Below, one piece after another: positions 7,957 through 16,690 of a stretch of 64,000 nt of DNA (the first letter of the stretch is position 1; each line of letters starts with the position of its first letter). Made by a program: the position numbers and the translations under genes. The DNA is from Candidatus Aminicenantes bacterium (GTDB lineage: Bacteria; Acidobacteriota; Aminicenantia; Aminicenantales; Saccharicenantaceae), in assembly GCA_017999365.1 (NCBI GenBank), contig JAGNLW010000002.1, positions 241,348 through 305,347 on the forward strand, given 5' to 3'. The notes beneath the pieces are model-generated. The model did no database searches. It was not told the DNA's origin and saw only the letters and a program-made list of their open reading frames with translations.

Positions 7957-9077
7957 CCGGATTTTAAGCCCTCCGCCCGGGCTTCGGCGACCCGGCAGAA
8001 CTCCTCGACCGGAAGGTCCAGCTGCCCCGTTTCCAGATAGGCGTGGGCCGGGCACCAGAGGCAGAGGTTCACGATCGGGCAGGCCCCGCACTTGTCCAGC
8101 CACTCCGCGCGGCCGGTCTCGCGGGCCAGGGCCCGGGGGAGAAATCGTGTCCAACCTTCGGACAGCCCGCCCTTCCTGAGGTCGTACAGGAAGTCGGGAT
8201 GGTGGAGGGACAGGCACGGGCGCATGAGGCCCTCCGGGCCGACGACGAAGCTGCGCTGCCCGACGCCGCAACGGAAGATGTGCCGGCAGATCTCGGCCGG
8301 CGCCTCGGCCTCGGGGCCGGGCAGGATCTCGCCGCAGGCCGCGGCCAGGGCGCCGAAGCGTTCGGGATCGGACCGCTCCAGCCGGGCCACCTCGCGGGGG
8401 CTGAGCCGCTCGGCCCGGATGAGGGCGTTGCGGGCCTCGTCGCGGTCGAACCGGAGGTGGAGCTGGGGATCGAACCGGTAGGGCTCCTTGGAATGGGCCC
8501 GGCAGAACTCGCCGATGGCGGCCATCTCGTGCTTGTTCGACCGCAGGGCCATGGCCTTGAGCCGGACCGTGACGCCGCCCGTGAGCAGTCGGTCGAGGCC
8601 GCGCCGGAAGGCCTCGAACGAGCCCGGCGCGCGGGTCACCCGCTCGTAGGTCTCGCGCGTCACGCCGTACACCGTGACCTCGACCTCGCGCGGCGGGTAC
8701 TTGCGGAAGAAGCGGACGTGCTCGTCGGTGACCAGGGCCGCGTTGGTGAAGAGCGACAGGACCAGGCCTTTGCTCAGGAGGGCCTGATAGACGTCGAAGA
8801 AGTCCTGGCGCAGGAGCGGCTCGCCGCCCGTGATCAGGCACCAGACCGCGCCGAGCGCGGTCGCCTCGGCCCCGATGCGGCCGATCTCGGCGGCCGAGAG
8901 CTCGCTCTTGCGGGCGGCCCGGTCGCCGGCCGGACGGGCGATGTAGCAGTGCCGGCAGTCGAAGTTGCAGCGCGCCGTGGCCTCGAGGTCGAAGCTGAAG
9001 ACGGCCCGGCCGGCCTCCATCTTGGACCACAGCCCGAACTCCGCGAGCGGGCGGCGGACGACGAAGCTCCCCGGCAT
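7953..9077 (-). CDS. Radical SAM/SPASM domain protein (paralogue 3)
   Basis: This is the tail of track ORF 7953..9482, starting at the ATG at 9077 (MPGSFVVRR...). It has the CNFDCRHC (CxxxCxxC) motif, GGEPLLR, and the SPASM-type CGACPIVNLCLWC. Only 1 nt separates it from the upstream gene. Confidence 0.85.
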   Translation of the reverse strand: MPGSFVVRRPLAEFGLWSKMEAGRAVFSFDLEATARCNFDCRHCYIARPAGDRAARKSELSAAEIGRIGAEATALGAVWCLITGGEPLLRQDFFDVYQALLSKGLVLSLFTNAALVTDEHVRFFRKYPPREVEVTVYGVTRETYERVTRAPGSFEAFRRGLDRLLTGGVTVRLKAMALRSNKHEMAAIGEFCRAHSKEPYRFDPQLHLRFDRDEARNALIRAERLSPREVARLERSDPERFGALAAACGEILPGPEAEAPAEICRHIFRCGVGQRSFVVGPEGLMRPCLSLHHPDFLYDLRKGGLSEGWTRFLPRALARETGRAEWLDKCGACPIVNLCLWCPAHAYLETGQLDLPVEEFCRVAEARAEGLKSG

Positions 9078-9078
9078 G

Positions 9079-9561
9079 TCAGGCCCTCCCCTCCCCGGCC
9101 CCGACGGCCCGCCGGACGCGGCGGACGAGCCGGGTGAAACCGGGACACCGCGACAGCCGGGCCGTGGCGGCGGCGAGGAGCGGCGGCGCGATGCGGAGGG
9201 CGCGGCCGCCGCGCTCGACGCCGACGACGAGGCCCAGCAGGGCCTCGCGGTCGAGAGCGCCGTCGGAGGCCAGGGCGTTGTCGCCCTTGACCAGGTAGCG
9301 GCCGGCCGCGGTCCCGACCACCCGGTGGAGGCGGACACCGCCGGTCGCCGCGTGGACGAAGGCGACGACGTCGCCCGTCCGCGGCCCGTCGTCCGCGAGC
9401 GGGGCGACGGTGACGACGTCCCCGTCCCGGACGGCGGGATACATGCTCGAGCCGCGGGCCTCGAACCGGAAGGGCTTGCCACGGCCGAGGACGTCCCGCA
9501 TCAGGCCGGCCAACGGATAGCCGTCCTCGAGCGCGGGGCGGGGGCGGGGCGACGGGTCCAT
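9079..9561 (-). CDS. S24/S26-family (signal-peptidase-I/LexA-like) Ser-Lys peptidase
   Basis: GSSMYPAVRDGDVV (Ser box) and YLVKGDN (Lys box) are present; 160 aa. Confidence 0.7.
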   Translation of the reverse strand: MDPSPRPRPALEDGYPLAGLMRDVLGRGKPFRFEARGSSMYPAVRDGDVVTVAPLADDGPRTGDVVAFVHAATGGVRLHRVVGTAAGRYLVKGDNALASDGALDREALLGLVVGVERGGRALRIAPPLLAAATARLSRCPGFTRLVRRVRRAVGAGEGRA

Positions 9562-9564
9562 AGC

Positions 9565-9870
9565 TCAGTCCTTGGCGACGATCATCCGCCGGTCGTAGAG
9601 CTCCTGCAGGAAGCCCACGACGTCGGAGGCGACCAGGCCGTCGGGCGCCTCGTATTCGGCCGTGAGCTCGCGGACGACCTCGGCCAGCGGCCGCGAGCCG
9701 TCGACGCGGTCCCAGACGGCCCGGGCCGTCTCGTTGAGAGTGAACAATTCGTCCTCGAGGTCCCCGATCCCCGAGGCCAGGGGCACGATGACGATCTCCC
9801 CCTCGATCTCCCGGACGACGACGTCCTCGGACGGCCCGTAGGTCTTGGCGAGATCGATCTTGTCGGTCAT
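9565..9870 (-). CDS. PqqD-family protein (RiPP recognition element-like)
   Basis: This is the tail of track ORF 9565..10992, starting at the ATG at 9870, which forms an ATGA overlap with the upstream stop. It is 101 aa: ...VVVREIEGEIVIVPL...LFTLNETARAVWDRVDGSRPLAEVVRELTAEYE..., a typical PqqD size and pattern. Confidence 0.8.
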   Translation of the reverse strand: MTDKIDLAKTYGPSEDVVVREIEGEIVIVPLASGIGDLEDELFTLNETARAVWDRVDGSRPLAEVVRELTAEYEAPDGLVASDVVGFLQELYDRRMIVAKD

Positions 9871-11042
9871 GGTCCGGTCCTCCTTTCCGTCCTCGATACG
9901 GGATCGCCGACGGTCCAGGCCTTCTCCCCCCGTTCGAGCAGGCCGGCGGCGACCGCCTGGGCGTGGGCCACGCCGCAGAAATATTCGACCGGCGTGTCCA
10001 GCGTGCCGTGCTCGGCCCAGGACTTCGCCGGGCACTGTTGGCAGAGCCCTTTGAGGAAGCACTTCGCGCACCGCGCCAGGTAGGCCGGGTCCGTCGCCCG
10101 GGCTTCGCGCAGGCGCGGCAGGAATTCCGTCACGGCCTCCCGGAGGGAGCCGCCGGACAGGTCGTAGACCGCGGCCGGATGGCGCAGGCCGAGGCAGAGC
10201 TGAAGCCGGCCGTAGGGATCGACCGCGGCCGAGCCGCCGGGGCCGTGGCAGGTGAAGAGCCGGTCGCCCGGCGGGCCGCCGGAGCGGGCCACGAACTCCC
10301 GCCATTCGCCGACGACGGCGTCGCCGCGGCGGCGGGCCAGGCGGACGAACTCGTCGGCGGTCGGGCGCAGGGCGGCGATGGCGGCGCTCTTGTCCCCGTC
10401 GCGGCGCGAGCGCAGGTCGAGGAGCGTGACGAGAGGGGGCGGGCCGGACTGCCCCGGCAGGCCGGCCGCCCAGGCCTCGAAGGCCTCGACCTCGCCGCGC
10501 GTCGGCGGCAGGACCGCGCCTTTGACGGCCACGGCCACGCCCGCGTCGAGCAGGCGCCCGAGACCTCTGCGGGCGGCCGCGAACGAGCCGCGGGCGCGGG
10601 TGACGGCCTCGCACGTCGCTTCCGTCATCCCGTAGACGGAGACCTCGACGGCCTCGAGCGGCGGCACCCGGGCCAGGAGCGCGGCCGTCTCGTCCGTGAC
10701 GAGCGCGGCGTTGGTGAACAGCATGATCCGCAGGCCGCGCCGGCGGGCGTGGAGGTAGATCTCGGCGAAGTCGTCGCGCAGGAGGGGCTCGCCGCCGGTG
10801 AAGCGGACGACGAGGCAGCCGAGCGCCGCGGCCTCGTCGAGCAAGGCCCGCCAGCGCGCCGCCGGCCACTCCCGCGAGCGGGCCTCGGCGTCCCCGGCCG
10901 GCCGGTTGACCGAGCAGTGGAGACAGTCGTTGTTGCACCGCTCCGTGAGCTCTATGTCGAGCCGTGTCAGCGCGGGCGCCTTGGCCGCCCACAGGCCGGA
11001 CCGGGCGGACGGGACCCGGCGGACGAACGCCTTCGCCGTCAC
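9867..11042 (-). CDS. Radical SAM/SPASM domain protein (paralogue 2)
   Basis: This is the tail of track ORF 9867..12302, starting at the GTG at 11042, which forms a GTGA overlap with the upstream stop. It has CNNDCLHC, GGEPLLRDDF and the SPASM-type CAKCFLKGLCQQC. It shares FTNAALVTDE with paralogue 3. Confidence 0.85.
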   Translation of the reverse strand: MTAKAFVRRVPSARSGLWAAKAPALTRLDIELTERCNNDCLHCSVNRPAGDAEARSREWPAARWRALLDEAAALGCLVVRFTGGEPLLRDDFAEIYLHARRRGLRIMLFTNAALVTDETAALLARVPPLEAVEVSVYGMTEATCEAVTRARGSFAAARRGLGRLLDAGVAVAVKGAVLPPTRGEVEAFEAWAAGLPGQSGPPPLVTLLDLRSRRDGDKSAAIAALRPTADEFVRLARRRGDAVVGEWREFVARSGGPPGDRLFTCHGPGGSAAVDPYGRLQLCLGLRHPAAVYDLSGGSLREAVTEFLPRLREARATDPAYLARCAKCFLKGLCQQCPAKSWAEHGTLDTPVEYFCGVAHAQAVAAGLLERGEKAWTVGDPVSRTERRTGP

Positions 11043-13015
11043 GGCCGCGCCTCCCCGGCCAGGAATTCGTCCAGGACGCCGGCGACGGCGCCGCCGCGGT
11101 CGAAGCTCAGCTCGTAGAACGGGACCTCGCGGACGATCTCGCCGGCCAGGTCGAGGGCCCGCTCCAGCCAATCGGCCGTGGTCAGCGGGCGGACGAGGCG
11201 GGGAAGGAAGCCGGCCAGGACGTCCCGGGTCCCCGGGAGCCGGTCGATCCGGTTCACCCGGGCCTGGCGCGGGAAGAAGACCGCCGCGACCGGCGCCGAG
11301 CCGGGCGAGACGCGGGGATCGTCGCCGTGGTTCCAGGTGCCGTGGACGCGCCAACCGCCCTCGCCGCGGCGGAGGGCGACCCGGTCGTCGCAGAGGACTT
11401 CGGCGCGGTCGCCGAGGAGCCCGACCAAGGTCGACTTCCCGGCTCCCGAAGCCCCCGCGAAAACGAGGCCCCGCCCGTCCACGGCGACGCCGGCGGCGTG
11501 CACGAACAGGCCGCCGAAAGCCGGCAGGGTCCGGGCCAGCACCAGCTGGTCCGAGGCCAGAAGGGCCAGGGAATCCAGCCCGCCGGCGCGGAAGGCCTCT
11601 TCGGACGGGTGGAAGATCCGGCCGCGGGTGTGCCCGTCGTCGAAGACCATGACCCGGCGGACCTCCCGGTCGTCCGGGCCCGGCGCGAGCATGAGGTAGA
11701 TCCACGAGCGGTCCCTGCGGTAGACGGCCCAGGGGGCGCGCCGGTAGACCTCGCGTCCGAGGTCCCGGCCCTCGAGGTCGGGCAGGGCGAAGTGGTGGCT
11801 CAGGACGACGTCGGCGGGCCCGCCGTCCGCGGGGGCCCGGAAGGCCGCGAACTTCGGGGCGAATGTCCCGTCCGTGATCGGCAGGTCGGACTCGACGTCG
11901 ACGGCCAGGCCGGCGATGCGGTAGCGCCGGCGGTGCCCGGCCGCCCAGGTCGTCCGGGCCCGGCGCGTCTCGCGGGCGATCTCGCACAGGGAGTCGATCT
12001 GGACCGAAGGATCGCGGTGCTCGAGCCAGGCGAAGACGGGGCACCACTTGCAGTCGGAGCGCAGCTCGCAGGCGCCGCAGCCCTCGCGGTAGGCCGGCGA
12101 CGGCGCGGCCGCGGCGGCCAGGGCCGGCAGTCGGTCCTCCCAGGCCTCGGCCAGCGGCGTCGTCCGCAGGTCGACGCGGAGCGCGGGGTCCTTGACGAAG
12201 GAGCAGAAGCTCAGCCCGCCGTACGGATCGACGTGGAAGTCGCGGCGGCCGGCCAGGCACGCGGCATAGAGCCCGGCGTCCGGCGCGGCGGCCGCGGCGC
12301 AATCGGCGTCGAAGCTTCCCTCGGGACCGCCGCCGCGGGCCGGGTCGAGCCCGACGACCTCGGCCGGCGAGAGTCGTTCGGCCGCGATCTCGCGGTCCTT
12401 GACCGCGTCTCCGGATGCGGAGAGATAGAGCCAGGTGGCTCCGATCCGCCAGCTCCGGCTCCAGGATCCGGCCAGCCGGACCATGGCCCCGTACTCGGGA
12501 AAATTCGTCCGCATGGGTACGACCTGGACGGTGAACGGGGTCCCGGCCTCGCGGAGACAGGCGACGCCTCTCGTCAGGGCCTCGAACGAGCCGGGGTTCC
12601 GGGTCACGGCGTCGTGGACGGCGGCGGTCGCGCCGTAGAGGGCGACGAGCAGGGTGCCCGGCCGCCGCAGCAGCCGGGCGATCGCCGGCGTGATCAGGCC
12701 GCCGTTGGTGTTCAGCGTGTACCAGACCGCGCGCTCCGTCAGGGCCTCGAAGATCTCAAGGAAGTCGGGCCGCAGCAGGGGCTCCCCGCCCGAGATGGCC
12801 CATTCGCGGCAGCCCAGGGCCCGGGCCTCGGCGGCGATACGGCGGATCTCCTCCGCCGTGAGCTCGGCGGCCCGTTCGGGGGCCCCGGGCGGCAGGCGCA
12901 GCCAGCAGTGGCGGCAGTCGTTCGCGCAGCGGTAGGTCAGGTCGATCGTCCCGCGCAGGGGCAGGCGCGGCAGGCTCTCGACCTTCTTCCGGGCGACGAA
13001 ACGGCTCATCGACAT
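11039..13015 (-). CDS. Fusion protein: radical SAM/SPASM domain (paralogue 1) + HPr-kinase-like P-loop domain
   Basis: The N-terminal part has CANDCRHC, GGEPLLRPDF and the SPASM-type CGACELRSDCKWC. The C-terminal ~280 aa contains GLVFAGASGAGKSTLVGLLGDRAEVLCDDRV, matching the HprK C-terminal pattern G.SG.GKS...L......L..DD.V. Confidence 0.8.
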   Translation of the reverse strand: MSMSRFVARKKVESLPRLPLRGTIDLTYRCANDCRHCWLRLPPGAPERAAELTAEEIRRIAAEARALGCREWAISGGEPLLRPDFLEIFEALTERAVWYTLNTNGGLITPAIARLLRRPGTLLVALYGATAAVHDAVTRNPGSFEALTRGVACLREAGTPFTVQVVPMRTNFPEYGAMVRLAGSWSRSWRIGATWLYLSASGDAVKDREIAAERLSPAEVVGLDPARGGGPEGSFDADCAAAAAPDAGLYAACLAGRRDFHVDPYGGLSFCSFVKDPALRVDLRTTPLAEAWEDRLPALAAAAAPSPAYREGCGACELRSDCKWCPVFAWLEHRDPSVQIDSLCEIARETRRARTTWAAGHRRRYRIAGLAVDVESDLPITDGTFAPKFAAFRAPADGGPADVVLSHHFALPDLEGRDLGREVYRRAPWAVYRRDRSWIYLMLAPGPDDREVRRVMVFDDGHTRGRIFHPSEEAFRAGGLDSLALLASDQLVLARTLPAFGGLFVHAAGVAVDGRGLVFAGASGAGKSTLVGLLGDRAEVLCDDRVALRRGEGGWRVHGTWNHGDDPRVSPGSAPVAAVFFPRQARVNRIDRLPGTRDVLAGFLPRLVRPLTTADWLERALDLAGEIVREVPFYELSFDRGGAVAGVLDEFLAGEARP

Positions 13016-13169
13016 AGTCCTCGTGTCCGGGGCAGACCCGTGCTCGCACGGGTACCCGTCCCCACTTTAGGGGGCCTGGATGCGTCCCGGCATGGCCGGG
13101 GCCGGGGAATCGGGGGATGATTTTCGGGAGCCCCGCCTCCCCTCGGGGGGTGAGACGGCGCGGCGGTCC

Positions 13170-13640
13170 TCACCCCTCGTCCGGACCGCCGGCGGCCTCC
13201 CGGCGCGAGTCGAGGATGAAGGTCACCGGGCCGTCGTTGACGATGTGGACGTCCATCGCGGCCCGGAAGACGCCCGTCTCGACCCGGGGACCGAGGGCCC
13301 GGAGGGCGGCCACGAAGGCCTCGAAGAGCTCGGCGGCGCGGCCGGGCTCCTCGGCGTCGTCGAAGCTCGGCCGGCGGCCTTTGCGGACCGAGCCGGCCAG
13401 GGTGAACTGGGAGACGGCCAGCGCCCCGCCCCCGGTCTCGAGCAGGGACAGGTTCATCTTGCCGGCCGCGTCGGGGAAGACGCGCAGTTCGGCGCACTTG
13501 CGGGCCAGACGGGCCGCGTCCGCCTCGCCGTCCCCCCGCTCGACGCCGACGAGCAGGCAGAGGCCCGGCCCGACGCGCCCGGCCGTCCGGCCGTCGACTT
13601 CGACGCGGGCGTCCTTGACCCGCTGGAGAACGATCCTCAT
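13170..13640 (-). CDS. dtd: D-aminoacyl-tRNA deacylase
   Basis: This is the tail of track ORF 13170..14141, starting at the ATG at 13640, which forms an ATGA overlap with the murJ stop. Motifs MRIVLQRV, SQFTLAG and NDGPVTF are present. Confidence 0.9.
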   Translation of the reverse strand: MRIVLQRVKDARVEVDGRTAGRVGPGLCLLVGVERGDGEADAARLARKCAELRVFPDAAGKMNLSLLETGGGALAVSQFTLAGSVRKGRRPSFDDAEEPGRAAELFEAFVAALRALGPRVETGVFRAAMDVHIVNDGPVTFILDSRREAAGGPDEG

Positions 13641-15217
13641 CGCGCCTCCTTGGCCTTCGCCCGTCTCATGAGCCCGGCCACGCTCTTGAGGTCGGCCGGG
13701 CTGACGAGCCGGAGCAGGCCCAGATAGATCAGGACGCCCGCGGCGATGGCCCCGGCCAGCGCCGCGGCCCGCGGGGCGAAGGCGGCCCCGTCCACCCCGA
13801 GCAGGGGCCAGGCCAGGCGCAGAAGGACGCCCATGGCCGCGGCCGCGGCGGCCGCGCGGACGGCCGAGGGGACCCAGGCGGCTTTCCCGGTCGGCCCGAT
13901 CTTCTTCTCCAGCCAAACGAGGAGGAGGCCGAAGTTGAGGACCTGGGAGAGCGAGAGGGCCAGGGCCAGGCCGCCGGCGCGGAGCCGGCCCATGAGGGCG
14001 AAGGACAGGGCGGCGTTGACGGCCATGACCGCGACGCCCAGGACGACGGGCGTCCGGGTGTCCTTGAGGGAGAAGAAGGCCGGGGCCACGACCTTGACTC
14101 CGGACACGAAAGGCAAACCGACGGCGAAAAAGAGCAGGCACGACCCGGCCAGGGCCGTCGAACCCGGGTCGAACCGGCCGCGCTCGAAAAGCGTGCGCAT
14201 GATGGGGGCGTTGAGGGCCATGAGCCCGGCCGCGGCCGGGAAACTGACCAGGGCCGTCAGCTTGAGGGAGAAGCCCAGGGTGCGCTTGAGCTCGCCGAGG
14301 TCGCGGGCCGCGACCTGCTCGGAGAAGGCCGGCAGCAGGGCCGCGGCCAGGGCGATGGAGAACAGCCCCAGCGTCAGCTCCTCGATGCGCGAGGCGTAAT
14401 AAAGGGCCGAGGCGCTGCCCTTCTCCAGGCCCGAGGCGAACATCCGGCTGAGGGCGAAGTTGATCTGGTAGACGCTGGCCCCGAAGACCCCGGGGACCAT
14501 CAGGCGGCCGACGCGGCGGACGTCCGGGTCGCGGAAGTCCGGGGCGAACCGGAAGCGCAGGCCCTCCTTATGGAGGAACGGGACCTGGAAGGCCAGTTGG
14601 AGGACGCCGCCGATGACGACGCCGGCGGCGAAGACGAGGGCCGGCTCCCTGGCCCCGCTCGCCCAGCCGGCCACGGCGGCGATGACGGCGGCGTTGAACA
14701 GGATCGGGGTCGAGGCCGGGACGAGGAAGCGGCCGCAGGCGTTGAGCATGCCCGAGGCCAGGGCGGCCAGGGTGATGAAGAAGAGATACGGGAACATGAC
14801 CCGGGTCATGTGGATGGTCAGGGGCCACTTGCCGGCGACGTCGCCGAAGCCGTAGGCGATGACTTTGACCAGTCCCGGGGCGACGACGACGCCCGCCGCG
14901 GTGACGGCGGCCATGACCAGGGCCAGGTCCCAGAAGGCGGCCCGGCCGAAGGCCCACAGCCGGGCCCGGTCGCCGGCCCGCCGGAGGCCGGCGAACGTCG
15001 GCACGAAAGCCGGTGTGAGGGCGCCCTCGCCGGTCAGACGGCGGAACAGGTTGGGAATGGTGTAGGCGATGGTGAAGGCGTCGGCGGCGTGCCCCGTCCC
15101 CAGGTAATAGGCCTGGAGGAGGTCCCGGACGTAGCCCAGGACCCGGCTGACCAGGGTCGGCCCGGCCACGGCGGCCGTCGAGCGGATCAGCCGGTCTCTC
15201 CGGTCGTCGCGGTCCAT
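13637..15217 (-). CDS. murJ: Lipid II flippase MurJ (MviN)
   Basis: Track ORF 13637..15277, a multi-TM MviN-like protein. I prefer the ATG at 15217 (MDRDDRRDRLIRST...) because 15249-15277 holds the divergent rpsT promoter. Confidence 0.87.
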   Translation of the reverse strand: MDRDDRRDRLIRSTAAVAGPTLVSRVLGYVRDLLQAYYLGTGHAADAFTIAYTIPNLFRRLTGEGALTPAFVPTFAGLRRAGDRARLWAFGRAAFWDLALVMAAVTAAGVVVAPGLVKVIAYGFGDVAGKWPLTIHMTRVMFPYLFFITLAALASGMLNACGRFLVPASTPILFNAAVIAAVAGWASGAREPALVFAAGVVIGGVLQLAFQVPFLHKEGLRFRFAPDFRDPDVRRVGRLMVPGVFGASVYQINFALSRMFASGLEKGSASALYYASRIEELTLGLFSIALAAALLPAFSEQVAARDLGELKRTLGFSLKLTALVSFPAAAGLMALNAPIMRTLFERGRFDPGSTALAGSCLLFFAVGLPFVSGVKVVAPAFFSLKDTRTPVVLGVAVMAVNAALSFALMGRLRAGGLALALSLSQVLNFGLLLVWLEKKIGPTGKAAWVPSAVRAAAAAAAMGVLLRLAWPLLGVDGAAFAPRAAALAGAIAAGVLIYLGLLRLVSPADLKSVAGLMRRAKAKEAR

Positions 15218-15248
15218 GGGTCGATGGTCCTCCCGGCCCCGGGGCCGT

Positions 15249-15277
15249 TTGACTTTGAGGCCCGGATATTCTATCAT
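15249..15277 (+). promoter_or_regulatory. Sigma-70-type promoter for rpsT (TTGACT-N17-TATCAT)
   Basis: ttgact at 15249-54 and tatcat at 15272-77. A GAGGAG Shine-Dalgarno lies at 15291-96 and the ATG at 15303. Confidence 0.5.
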
Positions 15278-15302
15278 AGGCCCCTTTTAAGAGGAGAAAA
15301 CA

Positions 15303-15581
15303 ATGGCCCGTCACAAATCAGCGATACGGCAGCACCGCCGCAGCCTGCGCCGGAAGGCGGTCAACACCCAGGTCAAGTCGGCCCTGCGGACCCAGATGCG
15401 GAAGATGCGCGAGACCATCGCGGACAAGGACCGCGAGGCCGCCGAAAAGCTCCTCCCCGCCGTCTTCAAGGCCATCGACACGGCCGTCAAGAAGAGCGGC
15501 ATCAAGAAGAACACGGGCAGCCGCTACAAATCGCGGCTCAGCCGTCAGGTCGCCGGGCTCACCCCCACTCCGGCGAAATAA
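15303..15581 (+). CDS. rpsT: 30S ribosomal protein S20
   Basis: MARHKSAIRQHRRSLRRKAVN... is a basic 92-aa protein typical of S20. Confidence 0.93.
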   Translation: MARHKSAIRQHRRSLRRKAVNTQVKSALRTQMRKMRETIADKDREAAEKLLPAVFKAIDTAVKKSGIKKNTGSRYKSRLSRQVAGLTPTPAK

Positions 15582-16689
15582 CCGTCCTCTTCTTCCTCGC
15601 CAGACAGTACTCGGCCACGAAGACCTCCAGGAGCGTCCGGGGGTCGGAGTCCGTCGACTTGAGCCGCTGGTCGACCTTGCGCAGCTTCCTCAGCAGGGCG
15701 TTGAGTTCGGCCGGGGAGAGCCCGTCGACGACTCCGAAGAACTGGCGCGACTTGTCCGCGTAGAGGCTCCAGCCCTTCTGGATCTTCGGGAAGAAGGCCT
15801 GGAAGACCTCGTCCCGGGTCCGGCTCTTCTCCCCGAGCCAGGTCTGGGCGGCCAGGACGTTGCGGAAGAACCCGGCCAGCCGCCCGACGATCTGCTCGGG
15901 GCGCTCGCCCTCGGCGAAGAGGTCGCCCAGGATGGCCGCGGCCCGGGCGAAGTCGGCGGCGGCCAGGGCGTCGTCGAGATCGTAGGACTCGAAGCTGCGC
16001 TGCCCGGCCGTGGCCCGGCTGACGTCGTCCTCCTCGATGCCCTTCTTGTCGCCGACGAAGACGGCCAGCTTGGCGACCTCGTTCATCATCAGGCGGAGGT
16101 CCTGGCCGACGAGCTCGAACAGCCGCCGCTTGGCCCCCTCGGTGACGGTCTTGCCGAGGGAGCGGGCCCTGTCGTCGGCCCGGCGCATGAGCTCGGCGGG
16201 ATAGAGCCGCTTCATCTCCGTGACCGAGACGGCGGCCTTGGGCAGGGAGGAGAAGAAGCGGACGACGGGATCGTCCTTGCGGTAGCGGCCGGCCCGGACG
16301 ACGACGACGACCGTGCGCGCCGGCGGGTCGGCGAAGTAGGCCTTGAGGACCTTCTGGTCGAGGGCCGAGAGGAAGCGCGAGCCGCGGCCCTCCTCCCCGT
16401 CCCCGCCCGCGGACGCGCCGCCGCCCCTGGCCGGGCCCGACTTCTTGTCGGGGACACGGACGACGATGGCCCGCCAGGGCTCGAACAGGAACGGCGCCGT
16501 CCGGGCCGCGTCGACGATCTCCGGCCACTTGGCCTCGTCGAGGTCCATGCGGGTCAGGTGGAATTCGCCGCCGGCCGCCTCCGTGAGCAGCCGCCGCAGC
16601 TCGTCGATGAACTCGTCGGCGAGATACTCCTCCTCGCCGTAGAAGAGATACCCGGCGAGCAGGGCGTCCTCGCGCAGCGGGCCGGCCAC
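15559..16689 (-). CDS. holA: DNA polymerase III delta subunit
   Basis: A 376-aa protein starting ...YLFYGEEEYL.... It lies in the conserved leuS-lptE-holA order. Confidence 0.85.
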   Translation of the reverse strand: MAGPLREDALLAGYLFYGEEEYLADEFIDELRRLLTEAAGGEFHLTRMDLDEAKWPEIVDAARTAPFLFEPWRAIVVRVPDKKSGPARGGGASAGGDGEEGRGSRFLSALDQKVLKAYFADPPARTVVVVVRAGRYRKDDPVVRFFSSLPKAAVSVTEMKRLYPAELMRRADDRARSLGKTVTEGAKRRLFELVGQDLRLMMNEVAKLAVFVGDKKGIEEDDVSRATAGQRSFESYDLDDALAAADFARAAAILGDLFAEGERPEQIVGRLAGFFRNVLAAQTWLGEKSRTRDEVFQAFFPKIQKGWSLYADKSRQFFGVVDGLSPAELNALLRKLRKVDQRLKSTDSDPRTLLEVFVAEYCLARKKRTVISPEWG

Positions 16690-16690
16690 G

